A stretch of 35,456 bases of DNA from positions 1 through 35,456 of the IMG/VR virus record IMGVR_UViG_3300016476_000462. The stretch is one strand, 5' to 3'. Position 1 is the stretch's first letter, and each line of letters opens with the position of its first letter. This stretch comes from a virus (Duplodnaviria > Caudoviricetes). Shown here piece after piece: positions 35,119 to 35,456 of the stretch. The notes beneath the pieces are model-generated. The model was not told the origin of the DNA, ran no database searches, and worked only from the letters and a program-made list of their open reading frames with translations. Both the position numbers and the translations under genes were made by a program.

Positions 35119-35456
35119 AGACTTAATCGTTCCGGGCAGTATCTTGTACGATGCTGCCCTAGCGCCCGGCCAGCGCCTTATGTATGCGAAGTTGGTACAA
35201 CTATGCGGTGAAGATGCCGAAGGCCGCACGCGGGTAACAAATATACAACTGGCACGAATGTTCTGTATTTCGATCGACACCGCTTGCGCCTGGGTGCAGA
35301 CTTTTGCGGTAGTTGGTGCGATCAATGTAGAATACACAAAAGTAGATAACCGCCGAATCATAACTATAAACCCGAACTACCAGCCCTCTAAAGGTGCGGT
35401 AATTTATGACAAACGGGAACTGGATACCATGGTAGGCCGCAGGCTTTCAAAGACTG
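35105..35456 (+). CDS. Winged-helix protein, paralog of 34515..34847; open at the window end (not in the ORF track)
   Basis: MAESKDLIVPGSILYDAALAPGQRLMYAKL...TNIQLARMFCIS. Confidence 0.75.
   Translation, partial: MAESKDLIVPGSILYDAALAPGQRLMYAKLVQLCGEDAEGRTRVTNIQLARMFCISIDTACAWVQTFAVVGAINVEYTKVDNRRIITINPNYQPSKGAVIYDKRELDTMVGRRLSKT

Larger units (their letters stand above)
1..35456 (+). mobile_element. Tailed dsDNA bacteriophage genome (siphovirus-like), probable Bacteroidota host
   Basis: TerS/TerL, portal, Clp protease, capsid, tail tube, tape measure, holin, endolysin and replication genes are all present on one strand; no sheath gene seen; TAnnTTTG promoters. Confidence 0.95.

Overview
This is a 35.5 kb tailed dsDNA phage genome (siphovirus-type gene set), complete or nearly so. 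All convincing genes lie on the + strand. The host is most likely in Bacteroidota, judged from TAnnTTTG -7 promoter elements, A-rich Shine-Dalgarno-less start regions and Q-rule signal peptides. Modules in order: (1) replication: winged-helix proteins, an initiator with an internal iteron origin and a DnaC-like loader; (2) small early genes, VRR-NUC nuclease, DUF5664-like protein and M15 peptidase endolysin; (3) a hairpin-rich non-coding block with a D-armless tRNA-like element; (4) ParB-methyltransferase, TerS and TerL; (5) tail genes, including a -1 frameshifted assembly chaperone, tip proteins and tape measure; (6) a second early island with a PD-(D/E)XK exonuclease and a membrane-anchored SPOR protein; (7) Clp protease/scaffold, capsid, tail tube, portal, adaptor, holin and fibres; (8) a third early island with an SSB-like protein and a Cro-like HTH. 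No integrase was recognised. The most notable items are an 18-bp palindrome at a fixed 16-nt spacing from three promoters, a late 3'UTR segment antisense to the start regions of four early genes, a tRNA-like/hairpin ncRNA cluster, a promoter-to-terminator sRNA, and fibre-like proteins carrying Sec signal peptides. Product calls come from motif recognition by eye, not from database searches.
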